Below are positions 36,301 through 47,687 of a stretch of DNA of 64,000 bases, in pieces. How positions within the stretch are numbered: position 1 is the stretch's first letter; every line of letters starts with the position of its first letter. Source of the DNA: Selaginella moellendorffii (lineage: Eukaryota; Plantae; Lycopodiophyta); NCBI RefSeq assembly GCF_000143415.4, contig NW_003314281.1:2023882-2087881 (forward strand), read 5' to 3'. A program made the position numbers and the translations under genes. A model generated the notes under the pieces. That model was not told the origin of the DNA. It ran no database searches and worked only from the letters and a program-made list of their open reading frames with translations.

Positions 36301-38161
36301 AAGGAATTGTTTGCGGTGGTCAAGGCACTCAAGGAGTGGCGACACTACCTTGGGAGACACTTCAAGGTTTACACGGACAATGTGGCAACGAAACACTTCT
36401 TGTCACAGCCCGACCTAAAAGGGAAACAAGGTCGGTGGGCCAATGCCTTGGCTGAGTTTGATTGCGAGATTCTGTACAAGCCTGGGAAGAGCAACATCGT
36501 GGCGGATGCGCTAAGTCGAAAAGCGAGCTTGAGGTTGGCAATATCCAGCGCAACAGCAACCTTCTGGGACGATGTGCGGACAGCATATGAGAACGATGGT
36601 CTAGCACAAGAAGTGTTGCTGAGGAATCTAGAGGCGCGGGAAGCTCACCAGAGGGGTGAGCTGCCAACGGAAGAGAAAACGGGCTATGCGGAACGCAACG
36701 GACTCATCTATTACAAGCAAACGAGGGTGTATGTTCCAGAAGGGGAACTAAGGAAGGTGGCCTTAGAAGAGTGTCATGACGGACCTCTTGCGGGACACGG
36801 CGGAGTGCCCAAGACAATGGGCTTACTCAAAAGGAAGTACCATTGGCCAGATATGGCTAAGGACATCCAAGACTATGTAAAGACATGCCCAACATGTCAG
36901 CAGGTAAAAGCCGTGACTAAGGCTAGTGGGGGCTTGTTGCAAAGCATCCCCATTCCAGATCGCCCGTGGAAATGTCTTACGATGGACTTCATCACGGGAC
37001 TCCCCCCAAGCGAGGGGTTTGATGCGATATTCGTGGTGGTGGACCGATTTTCGAAAATGGCACATTTCATACCCACCACAACGGAAATGTGGATGCGGAA
37101 GGTGTGGCGAAGCTGTTCTTCGAACAAGTGGTTCGAGTGCGGGGAAGGCCGGAAGAGATTATCTCAGATCGAGATAAGATCTTCACCAGTAGGTTCTGGA
37201 GGACTCTCCTGGAACAGTATCGCACCAAGTTGAAATTCAGCACAGCCTATCACCCACAGACAGGTATGGGGTATTGAGTCAAGTTGTTGGCACTAACACT
37301 TCTTGACAGACGGACAAACGGAAAGGGTGAATAGGCAGCTGGAGGATTATTTGCGATGCTATGTCTCGGGAGACCAGACCGATTGGGTAAGTCATTTGGG
37401 ACTTGCGGAAATGTGTTATAACAACTCACCACATTCGAGTATCGGGGTGAGTCCATGGGAAGTCATCAATGGGCGAGCTATTGAAGGTCCTGTGGAACTC
37501 GGCGTGGCCGAGTATCATGGAGAGTTGCCCGCGGTGGAGGCATTCACGGCGGAAAGACTCAGCATTTGGAATCTAGTGAGGGATTCCTTGGAACGGGCTC
37601 AACAAAGGCAAACCAAATACGCGAACCAGAAGCGTCGGGATGTAGAGTTCCAAGCTGGGGAGAAGGTGTGGCTGAACACCAAGAACCTCAGACTACCAAG
37701 TGGGATCAGTCGAAAGTTGACCCAAAGGTAAAGATGCATGTATTCCCGTAAATGAATTGATCTTGAGTTCCTTAAGCAGGTTCGCGGGGCCTTACGAGAT
37801 TGAGGCACGAATCGGTAAAGTGGCTTACCGACTCCGACTTCCTCGAGAGATGGGGAAGATGCACCCAGTGTTCCACGTGAACTTACTCAAGCCGTACTTT
37901 GAGGATCCGCTTCGCAAGGACCAAGTGAGACCTTTACCTGAGGTTATCCAAGGGGAAGAGGAATACGAAGTCGAGGCCATCCTCAATGCGCGCAAGAGCA
38001 AGCGACAAGGACGCGAGGTGAGAGAGTTCCATGTGAAGTGGAAAGGATTTCCACACTGCGAAGCAACATGGGAACCGGAGGAGAACCTAGCGAACGCGCG
38101 AGATCTAGTGGAGGAATTTCTGCAAGGCAGAACTCTATGTACTTATGCAAAATTCAATTAA
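33389..38161 (+). CDS. Element D Gag-Pol with introns 37264-37309 and 37728-37779 and apparent frameshifts near 35110 and 37087
   Basis: [31 protein letters not shown], spliced [12 protein letters not shown] and RKLTQRFAGPY, chromodomain YEVEAIL..VKWKGF..TWEP. Confidence 0.85.
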
Positions 38162-38255
38162 AAATATCAGTTTGCAAAGTTGAGCTAATGGCATATGTTG
38201 GGACCCGAAGGCGCGCCAAAGGTAAGCTAATTAGCATGGGTTGGATAGGTCGACC

Positions 38256-38500
38256 AGGCGTAGGGCACTACGCCCGACTCCCCGCGGGGATGTCGAATCC
38301 GTAGACGTATTCTACGGAGGTTGGGTTCGAGTCCCAACCCCCTAGTAAAGCAAGGCTGGGTTCAAGTCCCGACCCTATACTAGGGCGTGGTGAAGTGAGG
38401 AATATAGGGACACCTATATTCCGTTGTCATGGGCTCTTGGCCGGGGAGGCTAACTTAGGCACACCGCTAAGTGGGGGGATGCCCCCGGAGACATGGACAA
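38256..38500 (+). ncRNA. Putative structured cis-acting RNA in the 3' UTR of element D
   Basis: Series of hairpins including two T-loop hairpins and a multi-stem module that covaries with 43341-43456 and 43525-43637. Confidence 0.7.
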
Positions 38501-39712
38501 CAAGTCGTAGGATAAAACGAGACGTTCGATGTGGGCATCGAACTTCTTCTATGGGTGGTGGAGTTGTAAGGAACCGACTCCCCGAGATGTCGTAGGCTAA
38601 AGGATCCCCAAAAAGCTTGACCGAAATGACAAAGAGTTCATCGGATGGGACCAAGTCGAGGATCGAGTCCAAGACCGACTCTAGGACCGAGTTCGAGATA
38701 GAGTCCGGAATCGAGTCCGAGACCGACTCGGGGACCGAGTTCGAGTCCGAGTTCGAGACCGAGTTCGAGACGGAGTCCGGATCCGAAATCGGGTCCGAGA
38801 CCGAGTCCGAGGTCGAGTCCGAGGTCGGGTCCGAGGTCGGGTCCGAGATCGAGTCCGTGATCGAGTCCGAACCCGAATCCGAAGTCGGATCCGAAATCGG
38901 GTCCGAGATCGAGCCAGAGACTAAGTCCAAATACTAATACGGGTCAAGGGGTGAAAGCCCAAAGCGTGCGTCTCCCAGGGGGGGGGGGCTGCAGGGGGTT
39001 CCAAAAGTATAGTAGGGATAGTGAGGTCCAGGAACCAGTTTAGAAGGGACTCTCCAGTTGGGCTTCCAAACCGACTTGAGGTTGGGACTGGGACCGAGGG
39101 GCCTTGGGTGGGAGTGAGCATGGACTTGGCTGGAGCCGGAGGGGCCATCCAAGGAAGTGCTCAAGAGCAGCTCCCACTCCCGAAAGGGAAACCGATTGCG
39201 GTGCTCCCGGCTCAGGTGGAGTGGTGCCCCACTTGAGTACCTTGTGGCTCATTGGTCCTCGCCCTTCCGGGGGCTTGGGCCTTTCCTTCGGGATGGAAGT
39301 GGGGGGGTAGAGGTACCCATACCGGGCCGTTAGGCCACGGTGTTTCGCCCCGACGTCCCGAAGCAAGTGCTGCACCCAAGGCTTGGGATTTAGAGGGTCC
39401 CATGATCAAGCCTTGTGGTACCTTGGGGTGTTAGGAATCTGGAGGCTTGGTGTGCTTGGCTGCTTGTGCCTGCGGGGAGTGTAGCCGAACCTTAAATCCA
39501 GTCTAACCCGGGGAGGGGGATTGGGAGAGATTTGGGAATCCGTAGATGGATGGCTAACACTTCGTTGCTCGTGCAGTAAGTAGCTGAAACCAAGTAGTAG
39601 CTGGCACCATAGGCGAGAACCTTGGCGAGGGAACTTAGCACAAGCCAAGGCGGAGTTGGTCGGATAGGCGAGGTAAGCTGGCAAATTGGAAAGGAAAAAT
39701 TTGTGGCTTACA

Positions 39713-42700
39713 ACCGAGACCGGAACCGAGACCGGGACCGAGACCGAGACCGAGACCGAGATCGGGACCGAGACCGAGACCGAGGCCGAGGCCAAGACCG
39801 AGCCCGAGCCCGAGTCCGAGTCCGAATCCGAGTCCGAGTCCGAGTCCGAATCCGAGTCCGAGTCCGAGTCCGGAGCCTGAGAGGGTGAAAGCCCAAAGCG
39901 TTCGTCTCCCAGACCCTGGGGGGTTTGGTGAGCTCCAAAAGTATAGTAGGGGGAGGACTGCAGTGGAGCCAGTTTGGCCAGGAAAGGCCAGTTTGGCCCA
40001 GGAAGGCCGGACCCAGTGTTGGGTGATGAGCTGCCCACTGGGAAGTCCAAGACTAGAGTGAACACGGACTGACAAGTGGGGTAGCTTGGTGAAGTGTTCA
40101 AGAGCCGGCTCTAGTTCCCCCGGGAGATCGACTGGGCGATGCTCCCAATCCAAGTGTGGGTGGCACTACCTACTTGGATACCTGGTGTGGCTCAACGGAA
40201 CCCGCTCTAAGCCCATGGCTAGAGCACCCAAGGGCAGAAGGCGAGGAGAGTACCCAGGTGGCTCGCGTAAGGCCACGGTGTTCTGAAATGTTGTCCCAAA
40301 GGCCCAGACTGTGGAAAGGAAGAGGAGCAGTCCTCTGGGGTAGTGACCAAGGACACAGTCGTGTGGTGAGGAAGTCCCAAAGGACTGTGGGACTTAGTGG
40401 TCGGGCCTGTGGGTCTCGATCCAGTGGCAGTGTTGGCAAACACGACCAGGGGCAGAAAGGGACTTAGTGGGGACTGACAGAGGGATATTGGGGAAGGCTA
40501 TCTCCTTGTCGGTGGGCATCCTAAGGATGCTAAGGAGTGGATCTGAGATGACCACTCATGGATGGTTTGCCTAGTCTTGGAGAGCCAAGACTGTGATGCA
40601 AGTGGTATTGGACTACCAGTGTGGCAAAGGTGATTGGGCATGGCCTTAGCGTAACGGGCTGCTATGTCGGTGGTACCTTTGAGTGTCGGTCATGGGATCG
40701 GACACGTGGAGCACTTGGACCAAGTGCAAATGTTGAGTGGCATGGATGCCATTCTCGGGGCTAGCAAGTCCCAAGTCCTGGATTGGACTTATGGAGGTTG
40801 TGAATGAGACTCCTCCAAGTGGTCGGAGGTGTGGTTAAGTGACTAAAGTAGAATGGAAATTTTAGTCGCTTACAATTTGGTATCAGAGCTGTTCCTTAGT
40901 GTGACTTTTATTGGTGCTCAAGTATATCACCACTAGTGTTGGCATCGGAAGGTCCAAGGAGTGGGCCTATCCTTGAGGAGTAGCAAGTCGGGAAGACATG
41001 GCTCTCCATTACAGTTCATGTGTGAACTTGTAGACGAGGTGGTGGATAGAAAAGGGTCAATAATGGAACGATTTTGGGATCTTGGGAACAGTGCAAGGTT
41101 TTCCTCATATAGTTGAGGTTGGTGCTCATGAATGTGAGACCAAAGGTAATGACCGTGGAAGGTCAAATACGGAAGAGGACTCAAGTCCTTGAAATGGTAG
41201 CCGGGGCTACCTTTAATAAATGCTGGAACAACCCAAGGAGTTGGGGGGTGTACTTAGAGATGAGTGGTATTCCCATCGCATGGACAAGTAGTCCTAAGGG
41301 GCAAAAGTTGCCCCCAGAGAACAAAATCAAGTGTCGGAGTAACACTTGTGAAAATAGTCCTTTTGAGTAGGACAGGAATGCAAGAAGTGTATTCCAGTGA
41401 GCTAGTGCCTCACAAGTAGGACCTTACGGGTCGGTGGATTAACCAAGTCCAAAACTGCTGGATGACTCAAGTAGAGTCAAGGGATGGTCCTAAAAGGACT
41501 GATGGAAGCATTTGGACTGAGGTGTGTTGTACCCCACAAAGGATGGGGGGGGGGGGGGATCATAAGATTCAAGGATGAGAATAGAGAGTATCTTATCGAT
41601 GGCAAAATGTGCCATGCTAAAGTTATGGGAAAGGTGTTTCCAGAAGAAAACAACTTTGACACAAAGTTGTGTGTGACCTCTATGGTGTAGTGCTAACGGA
41701 TGGTTGGCATGAGAAAGAGCGGTGTTGGTCTTGGCAAAGACTTAAACACGAAGGGGAAGTGTCATAGAGGTAGGCTCGTGGAGTTGATGGTGTGAAGACA
41801 CCAAATGTGCCAAGATGTGATACCTTGAGGCTATGTTGGTGGGTTCATGAGAACCCCTTGCCAAAGGAATCCCAATGGAAATGGGAATGGCATAGCCTAA
41901 GCGGCAGAGCATATAGTTGGAGTGCGGTGACCCAGATAATGATGGAGGTGTGCAAGCACCAAGCAATGAGTTGTAGGACTTGACAATTATGAGGAAACTA
42001 AGCAAGAGGTGCAAAATAACTGGTTAAACGGGTAGAAGGTAGCTACCCAAGACTTCTAGCATAGGGAAGTCGGATATACCCTTACGGGGGATAAGTTACT
42101 TGTGTTGCGATATAGTAGGTCAATGTCATAAAAGGAAATACTCATTGTCAAGAAAGCCATCATTGGGACACCCGAACACTCTAGAACACCAGAAGGTGGT
42201 GTTTGATGTCGCGAGGGTAATGGATAAAGCCCAAGGGACTAAGTCCCTAGCGAATGATGGATAGAAGGTGCTATCCAAATGTCCAAGGTTGCGGAGACAG
42301 GAGAGGACTGTCTACCCGAGTTGGACAAAGCCAAAAATGGAATTTTGGCAAGGCTAGTGATGGGCATGTAAAGGCCCATAAGCAACAATGTAATCCCAGT
42401 GTGTTGGATTATAAGGTGAGCATACCCGGATTGAGGAACCACTCCCTAGGTTATTGGGTAGGTTCATCCCTAAGAATACTTGCTAAGGCATGATAGAAAG
42501 TGCAAAGCTATCCTCCTGGTCTGGAGGAGAATGACCAAAGGAAAGGTGTGAAGCCAAAAAGCAAGAAGTAAAGGGATAGAACCGAACCATAGGAATCAAA
42601 GGGCATAACCAAGGTTGGTTATGCCAGCTGGGACTGGAGAATCAAGAGGGTGCTCGAGGATGTTGTTGCTAACAACCGTGATGCCATAGAGAGTCTAAAA

Positions 42701-44543
42701 TATGGAATTGTCCATGTTAGACTATATGGCAACTATAAAGCTTGCGAAAGGGGAGGCCTTAGCAAGCTGAGGGACAAAGTTCCTTCAAGGTTCCCAAAGA
42801 CGATTCTAGGTAGCATAGTACCTAGAAAGGCCAAGTGTAAATGGTTCATGGAACGCGCGAAATCAGAGTGGCGCAGCAGAAGCGTGGTCTTGAAGCTTGC
42901 CATGAGGCAAGGTTATCAAGGTTAGGGAAGTAGTTCCCGAGTGTTCAAAGAGAGGGCTTTGAACAAAAGTTGATGGTCAAGGACTTTCACGCTTATGCAG
43001 GAACCATGTTACAATGGTCGGAGAACTTGCCAAGTGAGATTGGCACGTCGGGGGAACAAAGACCCTAGTTGAAGGTGATAACTTCAAAAAGGGTGGGCCA
43101 TGGGGCCGAGCATGGAGGAGTCCATGCATGATCACAGACATGTCAAGTGAGAGGACTTGGCAGTGTGGAGGAACTAGGTTCCTAAGCTGTGATCTGTAGC
43201 GCGCTTTAAAAATAGGTTGGTGCACCGGTGTGGGGAGTCACACCAGGCATCTAGTGTGATGCCGTCCGTAGATGCATATACGGAGGTTGGGTTCGAGTCC
43301 CGACCCTCTACTGCTTGGGTTCGAGTCCCAAATCACTAGGGCGTGGTGATGGTTTGGAATATGAGGACACTCATATTTCGGTGGTCATGGACTCTCAGTG
43401 GGGAGACTGGTTTGGGCACACCGCCAAGCGAGGGATGCCTCGGAGTCGTGATGCACGGTTAGATTGCTTAGTGTGAAAGCTCAGCATATCTAACTTGAAC
43501 ACTTTGGTGCAAGTGGCACCAAGGTCGTGGTGAGTGAGATGGGGACACCTAATCTCAGTTGCTATGAACCCTTGGCCGTAAGGGCTAGCTTGGGTGCACC
43601 GCCAAGTGTGGGGGATGCCCCCGGGGTTATAGTCAACAACTTGGAGGTCTAGAAAACCAAGTACCTCTTGGCAACTCTGTTAAGGTGCCAAGGTGAGATC
43701 ACTAGGTGATCTTATGGCCAGATAAGGACAAGGTCCTTGGTTGGCTAAGGAATGAAGTTCCTGGTTCAAAATGTTGAAATTGAACTGTTTAAGGTGGTGT
43801 GGCTTGGTCGTGATAACCAAGTGGGAAGAGCACCTAAGGGAAATAAACTATGTCCGTGCGATGGCATAGTGAGTCCGAGGAAAGTAGTCTCTATAAAAGA
43901 CCCATGGGAGGGTCACGAAGTTGGGCCGTGGATAGAGCCCATAGCAGAAGATGCTAAAGAGACGTACTAGGGGTGAACGTCCTCCGGACTTGGCAAAGAA
44001 GAGTCTTTGCTATGGAACCGAAACAATACCTCAAGGAGGGAGGTAGAGATTCGATGTTGCTTGGTGCAACAATCAACGGATAGGAGCAAAAGATGAGTGG
44101 CCAAGATAGGGCCGTGGAATCCCTTGGAAGGAATCCAAGTGACAAAGTTAGGCGAGGAACACTAATGTGTTGGACACTAACAAGTTGCGGGAAAGGAAGT
44201 GTGTTTCCAAGGAGGGATTCCGAAATGCTCCGATTTGGCGAAAGTGGAAGCTCCAAGGGAGGGAGCGGTAAGGTAGCCAAATGATAGGGCCATGAACAGC
44301 CCTAGCACAAAGTATGATAACTGGAACTTTGGCACGAAATAGAAGAGAGGATGATGGTGCCCTCGAGTAGAGAACTTCCTAGGATGGGAAGTGGAGTTGC
44401 ACAAAAGGTGCAAGGCAAGGTGTCGGAGACACCTAGGAAATTGACTCCAAGAAGTCAAAATTCAAAGTTCCAAAGTGCAAAGGTTATATCGATGGAAATT
44501 GAGACTACTCGAGAAGGAGTAGTGGGATTGACTTAGAGAAGGG
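39713..44543 (+). mobile_element. Element D': non-autonomous (LARD-like) relative of D, 5'-truncated LTR, runs into the N gap
   Basis: LTR remainder 39713-40874 ends GCTTACA, followed by PBS TGGTATCAGAGC. The 3.7-kb interior has no recognisable gag/pol but contains D-like 3' UTR modules. Confidence 0.78.
43225..43637 (+). ncRNA. Homologous structured RNA region in D' (T-loop pair plus two copies of the multi-stem module)
   Basis: Same order of stems and loops as 38256-38500, with compensatory substitutions. Confidence 0.7.
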
Positions 44544-44643
44544 NNNNNNNNNNNNNNNNNNNNNNNNNNNNNNNNNNNNNNNNNNNNNNNNNNNNNNNNN
44601 NNNNNNNNNNNNNNNNNNNNNNNNNNNNNNNNNNNNNNNNNNN
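44544..44643. other. Assembly gap; probably hides the 3' end of D' and the RT-RH part of C2
   Basis: Run of 100 N. Confidence 1.
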
Positions 44644-47133
44644 TATGATACTTTGATGGTGGTTGTGGATCGGCTGTCGAAGATTGCACACTTCATTCCA
44701 ACTGTGGGAATAGTGAATGCGAAACAAGCAGCAAAGCTCTTTTTCCATGAAGTAGTGCGGTTTCGTGGTCTTCCTGAAGAGATGATCTCAGATAGAAATT
44801 CGAGATTTATGGGGAAGTTTTGGGGCACACTATTCCAGTTATTCAGTACCAAGTTGAAGTTTAGTACAGCTTATCATCCTCAAACTGATGGGTAGACCAA
44901 ACGTGTGAATGCTCAAGTTGAGGATTATCTGCAGTACTATGTCACGGCAGACCAACGTGACTGGGTTGAGCATTTAGAGAGTAGAAATCTTTTATAACAA
45001 CACATTTCACAGCATTATTGGCTGTTTTCCATGGGAGATGCTGCAAGGGAATGTTGGTGGGGTTCCTCAACAGATTGTTGTACCGAAATCAATGTTCGAA
45101 GTGTTGGTCTCAGCCGTTGAGACTTATGCAGAGCAACTACGCCAAGGTTGGTCTAGAGCTACTGAGGCGATGGGCAAAGCTCAAGATAGGTATCGACGTG
45201 ATAAGGATCAGCATCGTCAAGATGTATCCTATCAAGTGGGAGATCAAGTGTGGCTATCTTCTTGGAACTTGAACATTAAGGGATCTTTATCTCGGAAGCT
45301 GTTACCGAGATATGTTGGACCCTATCAGGTGTTTAGGCGCATTGGTAATGTATCCTATCAGTTGGATCTTCCTGTGGAGATGTCCAATGTTCATAATGTA
45401 TTTCATGCCAATCTCTTAGCTCCTTACACTATAGATGATGCACGTCAAGTGGAGATTCATCCACCACCAGAAGTTGTGGATGACAAACTTGAATATGAAG
45501 TGGAAACTATTTTGGGTACACGCTAGTTTAAATGTGTTAAACATCAAGAGTATCTAGTTAAGTGGAAAGGTTACCTTTCTTGTAAATCAACTTGGGAGCC
45601 TTTTAGGAATCTTGCACATGCTCATGAGCTTGTCATGGAGTATGAGAATTGTAATAAAGATTAGCTTTTGTAAATCTTATAATAAATTTTGTAAATTAAT
45701 AAAGTAATATAGTTCTATAAATCCAAGTTTTGTTTCTTTCTTTTGTTAGTACTTAGGTCAGTTTTGGTAGGCTGATTTCGCACTTTCGTGCATGGGTCCA
45801 ATCCATAACCATGGGGATAATTATTATAGACTGATCACAAGTCCTCGCCTCTCTCTCAATGACTTATTTTTGAAAAAGGGGCATGGTCGTGTAAACAACT
45901 TAATTTGCCAGTTTATAATAGTTATCTAAATCTTCCCAACAGGGTTGATTTCTTGCTTAGGGGAAATTGGGCCTTTGGCCTTCTCTTTATGTCCCTATGG
46001 GCAGGGATGTATCATTCCTTTGTAAGTTGAGTGGTACTTGGAGTAGCAAGGGTGGCTAACTCTATTAGTCATTTCCTTGTCAGTGATGGCCGGAGGGTGT
46101 TTGAGTATTAACGTCTTTATATGTAGAGGAGAGGTCGTTCCATAACTCATTTAAGTCAGTGTATTTCCCACATAGTGTGCTTTCCGTTAACTTTCGGGAA
46201 TTGTTTCTTTGATGGTTTGCTAGACTTGGGTATGCATCGACGAGGACATCGATCTTCCCCAAGGGGGGGGAGAGTGTCGTAAATGTGACTTCGGGTATCA
46301 AAAGATACTTGTTAGCCAGTCTTTATGAACATTCTTTCCTTATTGCCATGACAGCAGAAGGTTGGTACTGTTGGTTCCCTTTATTAGCCCCTCTTGTCCC
46401 AATGTTAGTAAACTAAACTTAGCATTTGTACTTGGCTGGATGAGCATAAGAAAGGAATTCCTAAGTGTCTATTTAGCCAAGCATACTTGGCTCGACTTGT
46501 TAGTTCTCTTTTGCTTTATCTTGCACTAGCTTGGCAAAAACCCTTGCGTATTGAGACTAGTCCCTCAATATCGCCAGATGGTAGCTTACCGTGTATACTA
46601 AACACCTTCTCTATCATGCCCTTTGTGTTAGTCTCATTTCGGTTCCAAATGCTATTTATAGAAAGTGTCTAGATTCACTCATTTAGCATATCTACGGAAT
46701 GTAGAGATCAGTCTGAACATAATAGTGTTTGTCCCATATCCAAATTTGCAATCTAGAGACATTCCACATTTAGTAAGTTTTGAGCTTGTCCCAGAGACTA
46801 ACTCCTGGTACTAAGGGAGGCTTGGGGTGAAAGCCCAAAGTGTGTGTTCCTCAAGGGGAAGGGGGGGTGGGGGGGTTGTAGGGGGTTCCAAATGTATAGT
46901 AGGGATAGTGGTTGGAATGCATGTTTAACCTGAGATATTAATTTGGCTCTCGCTGGGTTGTATCGCTCCTTGTTCTGCGTCCTGCTTAGGTCTAAGCTCA
47001 AGCTCCATGCTGCTTTAGTCCGTGGGGTACCCTCCTCCTTGCATTGGGCCATCGGTATGCCAAAATTGTGCCAGACTCCGTCTGATATCATTTTGCGTGC
47101 AGGTGCTAAATATAAGGAGCTGGTGCTCGTGGG

Positions 47134-47687
47134 TGTAAGCTCTTGAATTTGGACTTCCCAGGAGGTCACCCAGCCTAGTACTATTCAAACCCAAGGACAC
47201 TTAACCCCAAATATCCCAAAACCCTTAACCAATTGGAAAAGGGAGTGCACTTTTGTTCATAGGCCTTTTCCTTTTATATTTGAACCCCATGGATCGTCTC
47301 TCGAGTCGTTCTCTTTGGTTATTTACAATCCACCACGCTTCTCTACAAGTTCACGCCCTCATGCGCTCTATTGACACCCTACCCTCGAGTCGAGCCCAAC
47401 GGGAGCAAATTGGACTAGCTAGATGTCAATCAACATGTGGTGTGATTCCCTTAGCCAACCAACAAAGTCAGACCTAAGACCTCTCTGATACTAAATGTAA
47501 GTTCTTGAATTTAGACTTCCCAGGAGGTCACCCAACCCAATACTATTCAAACCCAAAGACACTTAACCCCAAATATCCCAAGACCCTTAACCAATTGAAA
47601 AAGGGGGTGCACTCTTGTTCATGGGCCTTTTCCCTCTATTTAAACCCCATAGATCGTCTCTTGAGTTGTTCCTTTTGGTTGCTTACA
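47134..47687 (-). mobile_element. Cassandra-like TRIM, third copy, in the 3' LTR of C2
   Basis: LTRs 47134-47327 and 47496-47687, TSD GTGGG/ATGGG, 5S-like tract, internal deletion relative to 27899-28491. Confidence 0.9.

Larger units (their letters stand above)
32182..39712 (+). mobile_element. Element D: young gypsy chromovirus with introns in pol
   Basis: 1148-bp LTRs 32182-33329 and 38565-39712 (about 5 differences), PBS TGGTATCGGAGC, PPT ATGGGTGGTGGAG, gag-PR-RT-RH-IN-chromodomain. Confidence 0.96.

Noticed and set aside
38127-38250. Further intron candidates after the D chromodomain
   Set aside because: No conserved protein sequence to anchor them; one needs a GC donor and the other is only about 28 nt.
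39876-39905. Hammerhead-like string CTGAGAG-GGT-GAAA-GCCC-AAA in the D' LTR
   Set aside because: The core lacks a full CUGANGA and the GAAA after stem II, the CTGA is absent from homologous LTRs, and I found no stems I or III.
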